Shown piece by piece: positions 31,813 through 41,254 of a stretch of 64,000 nt of DNA. Under the pieces are notes generated by a model that saw only the letters and a program-made list of their open reading frames with translations, was not told the DNA's origin and ran no database searches. A program made the position numbers and the translations under genes. Every line of letters begins with the position of its first letter. Position 1 is the stretch's first letter. The DNA lies in assembly GCA_965198235.1 (NCBI GenBank), contig OZ240248.1, positions 2,048,001-2,112,000 of the forward strand, given 5' to 3'. This DNA is from Candidatus Poribacteria bacterium. GTDB taxonomy: Bacteria; Poribacteria; WGA-4E; WGA-3G.

Positions 31813-32262
31813 CTAAGACTTCGCCGGTTCGGTGCATTGGGGTGCTGCGCCTTCTGGGAGGGGTGGTGCGTCAACACCGGCTTTTGGGAGTGTGCCAGCG
31901 AGTTCTTGTTTCCAATGCGCCACATCGCCCGCGGGTCCATAACAGTAAACCATCTTCATGGGTGTGTCGCTGGTGTTCGTCAATTGGTGGAAGACCCACG
32001 AGGGAATGAAAACGGTCTGACCGGTAGAGAGGGTTTGACGTTCCTCACCGAGGCACATTTCGCCTTCGCCTTCAACGATGAAGTAGATCTCTTCCTGTTC
32101 GTGGTTGTGCCACGGCACTTGCCCACCGTTTGGCTCTAAGACGACGAACCCCATACAGAATTCACCTATCTGGATCGGGGATGCACCGCCGACGAGATTT
32201 TTGGTCCGTCTACGGGCAGGATAGGTCCTACCTTCAATTTCATTTAGATCTGAGATTAGCAT
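31813..32262 (-). CDS. Cupin domain protein
   Basis: WHNHEQEEIY metal motif; AGGA RBS. Confidence 0.85.
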   Translation of the reverse strand: MLISDLNEIEGRTYPARRRTKNLVGGASPIQIGEFCMGFVVLEPNGGQVPWHNHEQEEIYFIVEGEGEMCLGEERQTLSTGQTVFIPSWVFHQLTNTSDTPMKMVYCYGPAGDVAHWKQELAGTLPKAGVDAPPLPEGAAPQCTEPAKS

Positions 32263-32306
32263 ATATGTTGTCCTTTCTAAAGAAACACGTCTTTTTTATG
32301 GGAGCA

Positions 32307-32876
32307 CTACTCAAAAAATTCTGCCACTTGACAAGAAAATCCTTCAACGACATTCTCACCGGTGAGGGTATCATTCCGGGTGAGCAGTGTGATGTCTACC
32401 TCTGAACGATAGACTGTTACCGTCTTGGATAGAGGTTTAAGAACCCATACAAGTTGTGTGCCCGCCTCAAGGTAGGCAAACACTTTTTCCTCAACCCGGT
32501 GCCACGCATCTGTTTGAGAAACCACCTCAACAGCGAGGTCTGGGGGGACAGGAGAGGCTTTACTACGATCGTCGGGTACATGTTCGTTTGAAAGAAGCGC
32601 AATATCTGGCATCAGCACACGTTCACCAACCCGGAAACCTGTGTCTGGCATATAAACACGTCCTAATTGATTTTCACGCACGTACGAGTTTAAGAGCGAA
32701 ATTAGGTTCATACTAATGTCGCCATGCTCTATTGACGTAGGTGGCACTCGGAATAATTCTCCTTTAACATATTCATACCCTTCTAAATCGCTTTCAAGGA
32801 ATTCCTCCAACGTCATTGTAGCAATTTCAGGAGGGAGATTTTCTTGAGAAAATTGCTGAACATCTTGAGAATCCAT
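32307..32876 (-). CDS. Uma2-family endonuclease-like protein (paralogue of 30926-31495)
   Basis: Same length (189 aa) and motifs; GGAGG RBS. Confidence 0.85.
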   Translation of the reverse strand: MDSQDVQQFSQENLPPEIATMTLEEFLESDLEGYEYVKGELFRVPPTSIEHGDISMNLISLLNSYVRENQLGRVYMPDTGFRVGERVLMPDIALLSNEHVPDDRSKASPVPPDLAVEVVSQTDAWHRVEEKVFAYLEAGTQLVWVLKPLSKTVTVYRSEVDITLLTRNDTLTGENVVEGFSCQVAEFFE

Positions 32877-32996
32877 GATTTATCCTCCTATGATGCCTCA
32901 TCAAGCATATTTTTCTACGCTCTTTGAGATTTTACCACATGCTCGTATGGAATCCAATTGCTATCTCACCATCTTGAAGGCTGGGTCTATTTATTA

Positions 32997-33203
32997 TAGG
33001 ACTTACGCATTCTCTCTTAAAGTCCCCCTGATAAGGGGCGGGGAATGCCATACGGGGAATGCCATACGGAGAACCTTCATACCGTTGATTCGCATTCATA
33101 CCCGGGGAAGCCCACATGGGAACCTCATACCGTTGATTCTGATTCTTTAGGGGGTTAAATACAACGAAATATGCCCTTTTCTGTTCAATTTGCGTAAGTC
33201 CTG
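32997..33203. mobile_element. MITE with AGGACTTACGCA terminal inverted repeats
   Basis: taggacttacgca...tgcgtaagtcctg with a TATTA direct repeat on both flanks; sister copy at 43248-43413. Confidence 0.8.
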
Positions 33204-33270
33204 TATTATATAGGCGTGCGCGGCAACAAAGCGCGCACGCCTATATAACAACGATACACTTTATCCTTCA

Positions 33271-35907
33271 CTAAGCCTCGTCTTCAATGACAGCCTGTGC
33301 TGCCGCAAGACGCGCAATCGGCACGCGGAACGGGGAACACGATACGTAATTGAACGCTAATCCGTGACAAAACTTCACAGAATTCGGTTCGCCGCCGTGC
33401 TCACCACAGATACCGACTTTCAGGTCGGGACGTGTCGCCCGCCCTTTTTCGGAACCGATTTGCAATAGGCTACCCACGCCATCTTGGTCGAGGACCTGGA
33501 ACGGATCGTATTCGAGCACACCGTTTCTGACGTAGTCATCAAGGAATTTCGCTGCGTCGTCACGACTCATCCCGAATGTTGTCTGGGTGAGATCGTTGGT
33601 GCCGTAGGAGAAGAATTCGGCTTCGGCGGCAATTTTATCAGCAGTGAGTGCGGCACGAGGCAATTCGATCATCGTGCCGATAAGATATTCAATGCGGGTA
33701 CCCAACTCACTAAAGACGGCTTCAGCGGTGTCCACGACGACTTTGCGCTGCAAGGATAATTCGTTGATGTGTCCAACGAGTGGGATCATGATCTCTGGCA
33801 ACACAGTAATGCCGCGTTTCGAGACATCAATAGCGGCTTCAAAGATTGCGCGGGCTTGCATTTCGGTTATCTCTGGATAGACGATACCGAGTCTACATCC
33901 ACGGTGCCCAAGCATCGGATTAAATTCGTGCAATTCTTCGACGCGCTCACGGAGTTTTTGCGGCTCAACGTTAATTCGCTCTGCAAGCTCAAGGATTTCG
34001 GTTTCACTTTTCGGTAAGAACTCGTGAAGCGGTGGATCGAGCGTTCGGATCGTAACCGGATAGCCAGCCATCGCTTCAAAGATTCCGATGAAGTCTGAAC
34101 GCTGGTACGGTAGGAGTTTTGCTAATGCTTGTTGGCGTTCTTCTGTCTCATCGGCGAGAATCATCTCACGGATGGCATCAATCCCCGCACCAAAGAACAT
34201 GTGCTCGGTGCGACAGAGTCCGATACCTTCTGCGCCAAATTGTCGGGCATTTTTCGCATCTTCGGGTGTATCTGCATTCGTGCGAACACCTAAGGACCGA
34301 ACCTCATCTGCCCATTCCATGAGCGTCCCGAATTGGCCACTCAATTCGGGTTGGATGAGTGCCACCTGTCCACTCAGAACATCGCCTGTGGATCCGTTGA
34401 GCGTGATGAAATCACCCTCGGCGTAGCGTTTCCCCTCTGCGTAAAATTCCAATGCATCTTCGTTGATAAACAGTGCCGAACAACCAGCGACACAGCATTT
34501 CCCCATGCCGCGTGCGACAACGGCAGCGTGACTTGTCATACCACCGCGGGCGGTGAGTATACCCTCAGCAGCATCCATACCGCCAATATCTTCGGGTGAT
34601 GTTTCAGTACGGACGAGAAGCACTTTCTCTCCGGCGGCCGCGAGTTCTTCGGCGCGAATCGCAGTGAAAACGACTTTACCGACAGCAGCACCCGGGGAGG
34701 CGGGTAAGCCTTGGGCGATAACTTCAACGTCTGCATTCGGATCAACACTCGGATGCAACAGCTGGTCAAGGTCGTTCGCGGGGACACGTGTCAAGGCGGT
34801 ATGCTTATCAATCAAGCCTTCCTCGACCATTTCAACGGCGATACGGACAGCGGCTTGACCCGTACGTTTGCCGTTACGGGTTTGAAGCATGTAGAGTTTG
34901 GAATTTTGAATCGTGAATTCCACGTCCTGCATATCGGTATAGTGCTTCTCAAGTCTCAAACCGATATCGACCAATTCATTATACGCATCGGGCAAGATGT
35001 TTCTCAATTCGGCGACTGGAAGGGGGGTGCGGATGCCAGCGACTACGTCTTCACCTTGCGCGTTAATGAGGAATTCGCCGTAAAATTGGTTTGCGCCGGT
35101 CGACGGATTACGAGTGAAAGCAACCCCTGATCCAGAGGTTCCGCCCATATTTCCAAATACCATTACTTGGACGTTAACAGCCGTGCGTCCGAGTTCTTCA
35201 GAAATGTCGTTGAGACGGCGGTAGGTAATCGCGCGCTGATTTCCAGAGGATTCAAAAACGGCATCCCGTGCCATGTCCAATTGCGTGCGGGGTTCATCAG
35301 GAAAATTGCTTCCTGTGTGCTGTTTGACGGCGTTCTTGAATTCATGGACGAGTGCCGCTAAATCGTCGGCTTCTAATTCGGTATCTAATGTAACACCTTT
35401 CGCCTTTTTCTTTTCTTCAAGTAGATGTTCAAACTCATCGTGATCGACATTAAGTACAACGTTTCCGAACATCTGGACGAAACGCCGGTATGAGTCGTAA
35501 GCAAAACGTTCGTTTTCTGATCTGGCGATAAGTCCTTTAACGGCATCATCATTTAAGCCGAGGTTGAGAATCGTGTCCATCATACCGGGCATTGAGACGG
35601 CGGCACCAGAACGGACAGAGAGCAAGAGTGGATTTTCGGTATCACCGAACTTTGCGCCGAGCGTGGCTTCTAATTTCGCAAGATTCTCATCAATCTGTGC
35701 CTTAAGTCCGGCGGGGTACTGTTTGTCATTTTCGTAGTATAATTTGCAAACCTCAGTGGAGATGGTGAAACCCGGTGGGACAGGTACGCCGAGATTACTC
35801 ATCTCTGCGAGATTCGCCCCTTTTCCGCCAAGCAACATTCGCATTGTGGCGTTACCTTCGCTTTCACCGCCTCCAAAGAAGTAAACATACTTTGGTTGTG
35901 GCATCAA
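33271..35907 (-). CDS. ppdK: Pyruvate, phosphate dikinase
   Basis: LGGKGANLAEM, SVRSGAAVSMPGMM, GGMTSHAAVVAR, GIGLCRTEHMF, GICGEHGG. Confidence 0.97.
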   Translation of the reverse strand: MMPQPKYVYFFGGGESEGNATMRMLLGGKGANLAEMSNLGVPVPPGFTISTEVCKLYYENDKQYPAGLKAQIDENLAKLEATLGAKFGDTENPLLLSVRSGAAVSMPGMMDTILNLGLNDDAVKGLIARSENERFAYDSYRRFVQMFGNVVLNVDHDEFEHLLEEKKKAKGVTLDTELEADDLAALVHEFKNAVKQHTGSNFPDEPRTQLDMARDAVFESSGNQRAITYRRLNDISEELGRTAVNVQVMVFGNMGGTSGSGVAFTRNPSTGANQFYGEFLINAQGEDVVAGIRTPLPVAELRNILPDAYNELVDIGLRLEKHYTDMQDVEFTIQNSKLYMLQTRNGKRTGQAAVRIAVEMVEEGLIDKHTALTRVPANDLDQLLHPSVDPNADVEVIAQGLPASPGAAVGKVVFTAIRAEELAAAGEKVLLVRTETSPEDIGGMDAAEGILTARGGMTSHAAVVARGMGKCCVAGCSALFINEDALEFYAEGKRYAEGDFITLNGSTGDVLSGQVALIQPELSGQFGTLMEWADEVRSLGVRTNADTPEDAKNARQFGAEGIGLCRTEHMFFGAGIDAIREMILADETEERQQALAKLLPYQRSDFIGIFEAMAGYPVTIRTLDPPLHEFLPKSETEILELAERINVEPQKLRERVEELHEFNPMLGHRGCRLGIVYPEITEMQARAIFEAAIDVSKRGITVLPEIMIPLVGHINELSLQRKVVVDTAEAVFSELGTRIEYLIGTMIELPRAALTADKIAAEAEFFSYGTNDLTQTTFGMSRDDAAKFLDDYVRNGVLEYDPFQVLDQDGVGSLLQIGSEKGRATRPDLKVGICGEHGGEPNSVKFCHGLAFNYVSCSPFRVPIARLAAAQAVIEDEA

Positions 35908-36035
35908 AAGCCTCCTGTTATTGGCTATCGGCCATCAGCAGTCAGCAGTCAGTAGGCTTTTGTGACAGTTGCAATATTTGTTAATACCACAAACATCTCT
36001 TTACCGATAGCCGATAGCCGACAGTCGATAGCTAT

Positions 36036-37394
36036 TTAGATTGAATAAATTGTTCGACTTGCTTCGTCAAATTCGGGTTTAAAAGGATCAGTCGAAAGGT
36101 AAAGGATCTGGTACGGCTCATAAAGTTGAATGTAGCTCCAATTGACACCGCAGAGGACTTTTCCCTCGTTAACTTTCTTAATAAACTTGCCTCGGAATTT
36201 CGCTCGGGTCCGTTCAGGTGGAAAGTGCTCAGCATGGCGAATCTGCTCATCCGTGACAATTCGCTCAATCTCCGATCGCTTTTCAAGGGTGTAGTAGAGG
36301 CTTTCCGTCTGACGCACATTGTGGTATTTTAAATCTAAGTGTTTGACCTGCGGGGCATCCCATTCAAGTTCACGCTTTGTGAGGTAGGTCTGTAGCCACT
36401 TCCACTTAATGACCCAATCTAATTCTCTGTCCAACTGCATCGGATCGCTTTCCAAGCATGTAAGGACGTACTCCCAGCGTGCCATCACTTGGTTCGTGGT
36501 TGAATCGGATTCGGCTTGTTCAAGGTATCGCTTCGCGCATTCTAAATATTGCCACTGTAGTTCGACAGCGGTGAGCCGCTTCCCGTTTTGGAGTTCAATC
36601 GGGTGTGTACATGTAATATCGTCAGAAATATCACGGATAGCTTTGACCGGGTTGCGGAGCGCGAACCGCTGCTCAATAAAATTATCTTCAATCATGCGGA
36701 GAATAATACCGGTTGTACCCACCTTCAAAAAAGTCGAAAATTCGGACATATTGGAATCTCCGACGATAACATGTAGGCGCCTGTACTTCTCGCGATCGGC
36801 GTGGGGTTCATCGCGCGTGTTGATAATCCCGCGTGCCGTTGTTGTGCCGATGGAAATTTCCTCTCGGATGTGTTCGGCACGTTGCGAAATTGCGTAGTAA
36901 CCACGATGACTCGGTTTGATTTTTCCTGCACCTGCGAAAACCTGTCGGGTTACGAAAAACGGTATCAACTGCGACGCCAACTGACGGAAATCGACATGTC
37001 GTTCCATCAAATAGTTTTCGTGGCATCCGTATGTATTTCCGGGGGTATCCAAGTTATTTTTAAAGATAGAAATCTTTCCATAGAACCCGTCGTTGCGCAT
37101 ACGCCGTTCCGCAGTGCTGGCAAGCCGCATAATAATGCGTTCACCCGCTTTATCGTGAGCGACGAGTTCAGTGACATCATCGCATTCAGGGGTCGCGTAT
37201 TCCGGGTGGCATCCGATGTCTTGGTAAAACCTGGCACCGTTTTCAAGGAAGACATCGGGATACATTCTCCCAGCAACAATTTCACGGAAGAGATACATCA
37301 CGACGTTCTGAACAGTGAGTGTCTTTCTACGTGGGGCATCTGGGGTCCAGATGATTCCGAATTCAGTTTCTAATCCGTAAATTCTACGTTTCAT
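36036..37394 (-). CDS. pafA: Pup--protein ligase
   Basis: RRIYGLETEFG, NGARFYQD.G.HPEYATPEC, GNTYGCHENYL, INTRDEPHAD, RRLHVIVGDSNMSE. Confidence 0.93.
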   Translation of the reverse strand: MKRRIYGLETEFGIIWTPDAPRRKTLTVQNVVMYLFREIVAGRMYPDVFLENGARFYQDIGCHPEYATPECDDVTELVAHDKAGERIIMRLASTAERRMRNDGFYGKISIFKNNLDTPGNTYGCHENYLMERHVDFRQLASQLIPFFVTRQVFAGAGKIKPSHRGYYAISQRAEHIREEISIGTTTARGIINTRDEPHADREKYRRLHVIVGDSNMSEFSTFLKVGTTGIILRMIEDNFIEQRFALRNPVKAIRDISDDITCTHPIELQNGKRLTAVELQWQYLECAKRYLEQAESDSTTNQVMARWEYVLTCLESDPMQLDRELDWVIKWKWLQTYLTKRELEWDAPQVKHLDLKYHNVRQTESLYYTLEKRSEIERIVTDEQIRHAEHFPPERTRAKFRGKFIKKVNEGKVLCGVNWSYIQLYEPYQILYLSTDPFKPEFDEASRTIYSI

Positions 37395-37617
37395 CTTTTT
37401 AACTATCTGCCTCTAAGTTGCTCTCCATTACATTTCGAGCAGGTTTCTGGTTAAGTCGCGACTCGGTTTAGGGATTTGTCCGTTTTTAATTTTTGGCATT
37501 TCCGATTCCCGCCTTCCTCTGTTAAAAAGAGAACGTAGCCCGTAATGAAATGGAGGGCGGGTCTACGGAGAGGTAGGGAAGGTTCCCTAACCCCCCTCAA
37601 CGAATCGCAAGGAACAA

Positions 37618-38334
37618 TTAAAGAAGCGTTGCCACTTCGTCGGTAGAGAGTCGGCGAAATTTTCGTCGTTCGGTGGTTTGTTCAAGACATGCCACTTCTA
37701 TCGTTTCTGCGGTGATTTCATAGTTATCTTCAGTATCTGCTTCAACGGTTCGAAAGGTTTCTGTTACCAACTGGAGTGCTGCTGACATCTCTAAACCATC
37801 TGTATAATGCTGCTCTAAAATTTCTGTGATCGTCGCGGCACGCCCGCCAATAACGGCGTATTTCTCCTCTTCTGAATAGATGCCATCAAATGCAATATGG
37901 TAAATCTGATTCCTCTGTGTGTCTGAATTCATTGAGGCATCGGTGGTTGCTACCTCACAGACAAGGAGTTCAATCTCCAAGGGTTTAGCGTCCCATGCTT
38001 GTGCGACTGCTCCCATGTGTTGCGAATAGAGATTCGTCAACCATTTTGCGGTGACATCTTCACGGTAGTAGCGAAAGCCTTTAATTTCGGATTCGCGAAT
38101 GCCAGCAACACGTAATGCTTCATATTCAGCGATTCTACCTGCGGCTGCGAGAGCAATCCTGTCATAAATTTCGGAAATCTTAAAGGTCGTTTTGCGTGGA
38201 TTCTCGGCAACCATCAGGAGTCCATCCCGGAATTCTAAGACGACAACCTCTTTCGCTTGTGTGATGCCGCGACGGACGAAATCCTCTTTATCCTGACGGA
38301 TTTGTTCCGGTGAAACATAATAAGGTGTGGACAT
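37618..38334 (-). CDS. prcA: 20S proteasome alpha subunit
   Basis: PYYVSPEQI..DK, AENP, KISEIYDRIA, KPLEIELLV, RRKFRRL. Confidence 0.93.
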   Translation of the reverse strand: MSTPYYVSPEQIRQDKEDFVRRGITQAKEVVVLEFRDGLLMVAENPRKTTFKISEIYDRIALAAAGRIAEYEALRVAGIRESEIKGFRYYREDVTAKWLTNLYSQHMGAVAQAWDAKPLEIELLVCEVATTDASMNSDTQRNQIYHIAFDGIYSEEEKYAVIGGRAATITEILEQHYTDGLEMSAALQLVTETFRTVEADTEDNYEITAETIEVACLEQTTERRKFRRLSTDEVATLL

Positions 38335-38491
38335 GTTTTTTAAGCTATTAAACTCCTGGGCTACCTTCCACTTCGTTTCAGGCAGGTTTCTGATTAATTC
38401 GCAAGTGGGTCTGGGTATCGGTTGGCTATTCTATATACGATCAATTTACAATTAACTTTGATACTTATACGTCCCACGGTTGGATTGGACA

Positions 38492-39286
38492 CTATAAGCG
38501 CGATATGAGGTCCCGATATAGTTCTTCAACGGTAGGCTCAGGAATCTCGGCGACTCCTTCTTCAGTAATAGTATAAAGTGTTGGGAAGATTTTCCGGATG
38601 AGATCAGGACCGCCTGTTGCGATATCCTCATCGGCAGCGTCCCAGAGCGCTTCTGCGACAATCTCTAACGCGTCTTGACGAGTCATCTCTGGAGTGTACC
38701 GTTTTTTTAGGGTTGTACGGGCATCCTTACCACCGGAACCGATTGCGTAATAGTCGTCTTCCTCATAACGGCCACCAACAGCATCGTATTTGAAAATTCT
38801 ACCGCGTTGCCGTTTCAAGTCGTAACCGGCAAAGAGTGGCAAGACAATTAAGCCCTGCATGGCAAGCCCCAAGTTAGAGCGGACCAGGTGTGAGAGGAAA
38901 TTCGCTTGCCCTTCAAGACTGAGACTCATTCCTTCTGTTTTTTCATAGAATTCGACCTCAACTTGGAAGAGTTTTGCCATCTCAATACAGGGACCAGCGG
39001 CACCCGCAACAGCGATTGCCGAGTGCCGATCGACTGGATAGACTTTCTGAATTCGACGCTCGCCGACCTGATACCCTTCTGTTGCCTGCCGGTCGCCAGC
39101 CATAACGACACCCGCATTATAAGCAACCGCTAAAACCGTTGTGCCTTCGTAAGAACGCAATGACGACTCGGGTGTGTGGACACTTGAGACGGCATCAGAC
39201 GAATTGTGCGTCGCCAATAATTCGGGGTAGCGACGCTTGAGGATTTGGAAGAAGTCAGAAGTGCCATAATCATCGAGGTCAAGCAC
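38492..39286 (-). CDS. prcB: 20S proteasome beta subunit with propeptide
   Basis: G|TTVLAV catalytic Thr site, MAGDRQAT, AIAVAGAAG, GSGG, DAADEDIATGGPD. Confidence 0.94.
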   Translation of the reverse strand: MLDLDDYGTSDFFQILKRRYPELLATHNSSDAVSSVHTPESSLRSYEGTTVLAVAYNAGVVMAGDRQATEGYQVGERRIQKVYPVDRHSAIAVAGAAGPCIEMAKLFQVEVEFYEKTEGMSLSLEGQANFLSHLVRSNLGLAMQGLIVLPLFAGYDLKRQRGRIFKYDAVGGRYEEDDYYAIGSGGKDARTTLKKRYTPEMTRQDALEIVAEALWDAADEDIATGGPDLIRKIFPTLYTITEEGVAEIPEPTVEELYRDLISRL

Positions 39287-39288
39287 TC

Positions 39289-39486
39289 CTACTGCCCTCC
39301 TCGTTGGATATAGTTTTCGACAAATTCTTGTGAATCTTCTTCCAAGATTTCATCGATTTCGTCAAGGAGCGAGTCTAAGTCTTCGACGAACTCCTCGTCC
39401 ATTTCACTCGATTCGACATTCAGTTCAATCTCTTCGGTTTCATCGACAGGATGATTGACCTGTTCCTGTTGTTTTTCAGTCGACAT
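39289..39486 (-). CDS. pup: Prokaryotic ubiquitin-like protein Pup (Gln-terminated)
   Basis: Acidic 65-aa protein, DSLLDEIDEILEE...EFVENYIQRGGQ, located between dop and prcB. Confidence 0.93.
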   Translation of the reverse strand: MSTEKQQEQVNHPVDETEEIELNVESSEMDEEFVEDLDSLLDEIDEILEEDSQEFVENYIQRGGQ

Positions 39487-39727
39487 GGTTTTCTCCTTTT
39501 ATAGTTATCGGCTATCGGATGGAAGGGTGGGGATCCACGCTTCCGTCCTTCCCTTCTTCCATTCCAGTCTCTTTCTAACGCCTTCTGGTGAAAATAACGC
39601 AATTGTTTCCGACCCTGTTGAAATTCACCAAGAACCTGCTCATAATTTTGCTTCGCAGTGTCCCGCAAGCCTCTATAGGCTTGCGCAGAATGCTTTACAT
39701 TTGGAGAGCAGACCAGAGGCCCATAAT

Positions 39728-41233
39728 TTAAAAACCTCGGAGTTCTCTAATGAGTTCTTCTGCTGTACAGTTGTTCAGCAACTCGCCAACGATCTTTTGT
39801 GTGCCGAAGTGGGGCCGATCCATCATAATTTTATCAAAGCTTCTTCGATCTTTACCAATAAAAATCATTGAGTTCCAACTGGCACTATAGATGTGCTTTG
39901 GAAACTTCCGTAAACAGGTGCCGCGAAAATATGCACGGGTATCCACAGGCGGATAGTGCATCGCATGCACAATTTCTTCATGGCTGAGCAATCGTTTCAC
40001 ATGTCCGTTTTTCAGCAGTCTAATATAAAGTCCTTTATCCGGACGGATATCATGATACTGTAAGTCAAGCATCTGCACATGTGCGTCAGTCCATTGGTAT
40101 CCGTGTCGTTTGCGATAAGCCTCTATCAATTTCTTTTTAATGACCCAGTCGAGGTGTTGGCTGAGCCGCATCGGATCGATTTCTAAGTTATCAAGCACAT
40201 ATTGCCATTTTTCGAGGACATCTTCAACGATAGGTGTCCGCTCTTCGGCTGTGAGATGTTGTTGCGCGAGTTTGAGGTACGCGCGCTGTACTTGTATCGG
40301 GGTCCACTGCTCTCCGTCTGCGAGTTCTATCTGATTTTTGCACGAAAGGTCTCGGGAAATACTTTTTAGTGCCGCAACAGCATCCTTTAAACTGAATTGT
40401 TTGCCAACAACACCTTTCTCAATCAACTGAAGCACTATGGAAGTAATGCCAACTTTGAGATAGATGCTGAATTCAGACATGTTAGAGTCGCCGACAATGA
40501 CGTGCAAACGTCGATAGATTTTGTCATCAGCATGCGGTTCATCGCGCGTGTTAATCAAAGGGCGATTCACCATAGTGCTGAGGCCTACCTCCTTCTCAAA
40601 AAAATCGGCGCGTTGGGAAATCTGATAATCTGTTTCGTTACTTCCATTTTCTGCACCGACTTTGCCGCTACCTGTGATAATGATACGGGTAACGAGGAAG
40701 GGGGTCAACCCATCAACAATTGCATCAAACGGCACTTTGCGGGACATAAGATAGTTTTCATGGGAACCGTAACTGTGCCCTTTGTAATCGGTATTATTTT
40801 TATAGATGATAATCTCTTGGTTGTCAAGCAAAAGGCGTTCAGCTGTTACCCTGCTGACTTCCAATATTAATTCTCCCGCCTTTTCGTAGAGAAGCAGGTC
40901 GCGTGCATTGGCACATTCCGGCGTGCAATACTCCGGGTGAGCATGGTCTACGTAATAACGTCCCCCGTTTATCAGTATATCATTGACGACGCTATTTGTG
41001 TCTGCCTCGCTGATAGGTGTTTCCGCCTCTGCGAGAAACCCACGAGCGTCCATCAAAGGACTTTCCTGTTCGTAATCCCATGTGACGGAAGAAGTTGCAC
41101 TCGGAATATCACCCCTTGAAGTTTTATAGGCGTTCACTACCAAGGTGGAAGCGGCAACCGGATCTTGCTCGCGCGCATTTTTGACTGAGATACCATACTC
41201 AGTCTCTGTTCCCATTATTATTGGTATTTCCAT
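39728..41233 (-). CDS. dop: Pup deamidase/depupylase
   Basis: IMGTETEYGI, NGGRYYVDHAHPEY, KNNTDYKGHSYGSHENYL, SQRADFFE, DLQYHD, TRAYFRG. Confidence 0.93.
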   Translation of the reverse strand: MEIPIIMGTETEYGISVKNAREQDPVAASTLVVNAYKTSRGDIPSATSSVTWDYEQESPLMDARGFLAEAETPISEADTNSVVNDILINGGRYYVDHAHPEYCTPECANARDLLLYEKAGELILEVSRVTAERLLLDNQEIIIYKNNTDYKGHSYGSHENYLMSRKVPFDAIVDGLTPFLVTRIIITGSGKVGAENGSNETDYQISQRADFFEKEVGLSTMVNRPLINTRDEPHADDKIYRRLHVIVGDSNMSEFSIYLKVGITSIVLQLIEKGVVGKQFSLKDAVAALKSISRDLSCKNQIELADGEQWTPIQVQRAYLKLAQQHLTAEERTPIVEDVLEKWQYVLDNLEIDPMRLSQHLDWVIKKKLIEAYRKRHGYQWTDAHVQMLDLQYHDIRPDKGLYIRLLKNGHVKRLLSHEEIVHAMHYPPVDTRAYFRGTCLRKFPKHIYSASWNSMIFIGKDRRSFDKIMMDRPHFGTQKIVGELLNNCTAEELIRELRGF

Positions 41234-41254
41234 TTTTTTATAAACTGTCAGCCA

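Noticed and set aside
39420-39668. Extra gene between dop and pup
   Set aside because: The ORF overlaps pup out of frame, runs through repeat-like sequence and has no recognisable motif
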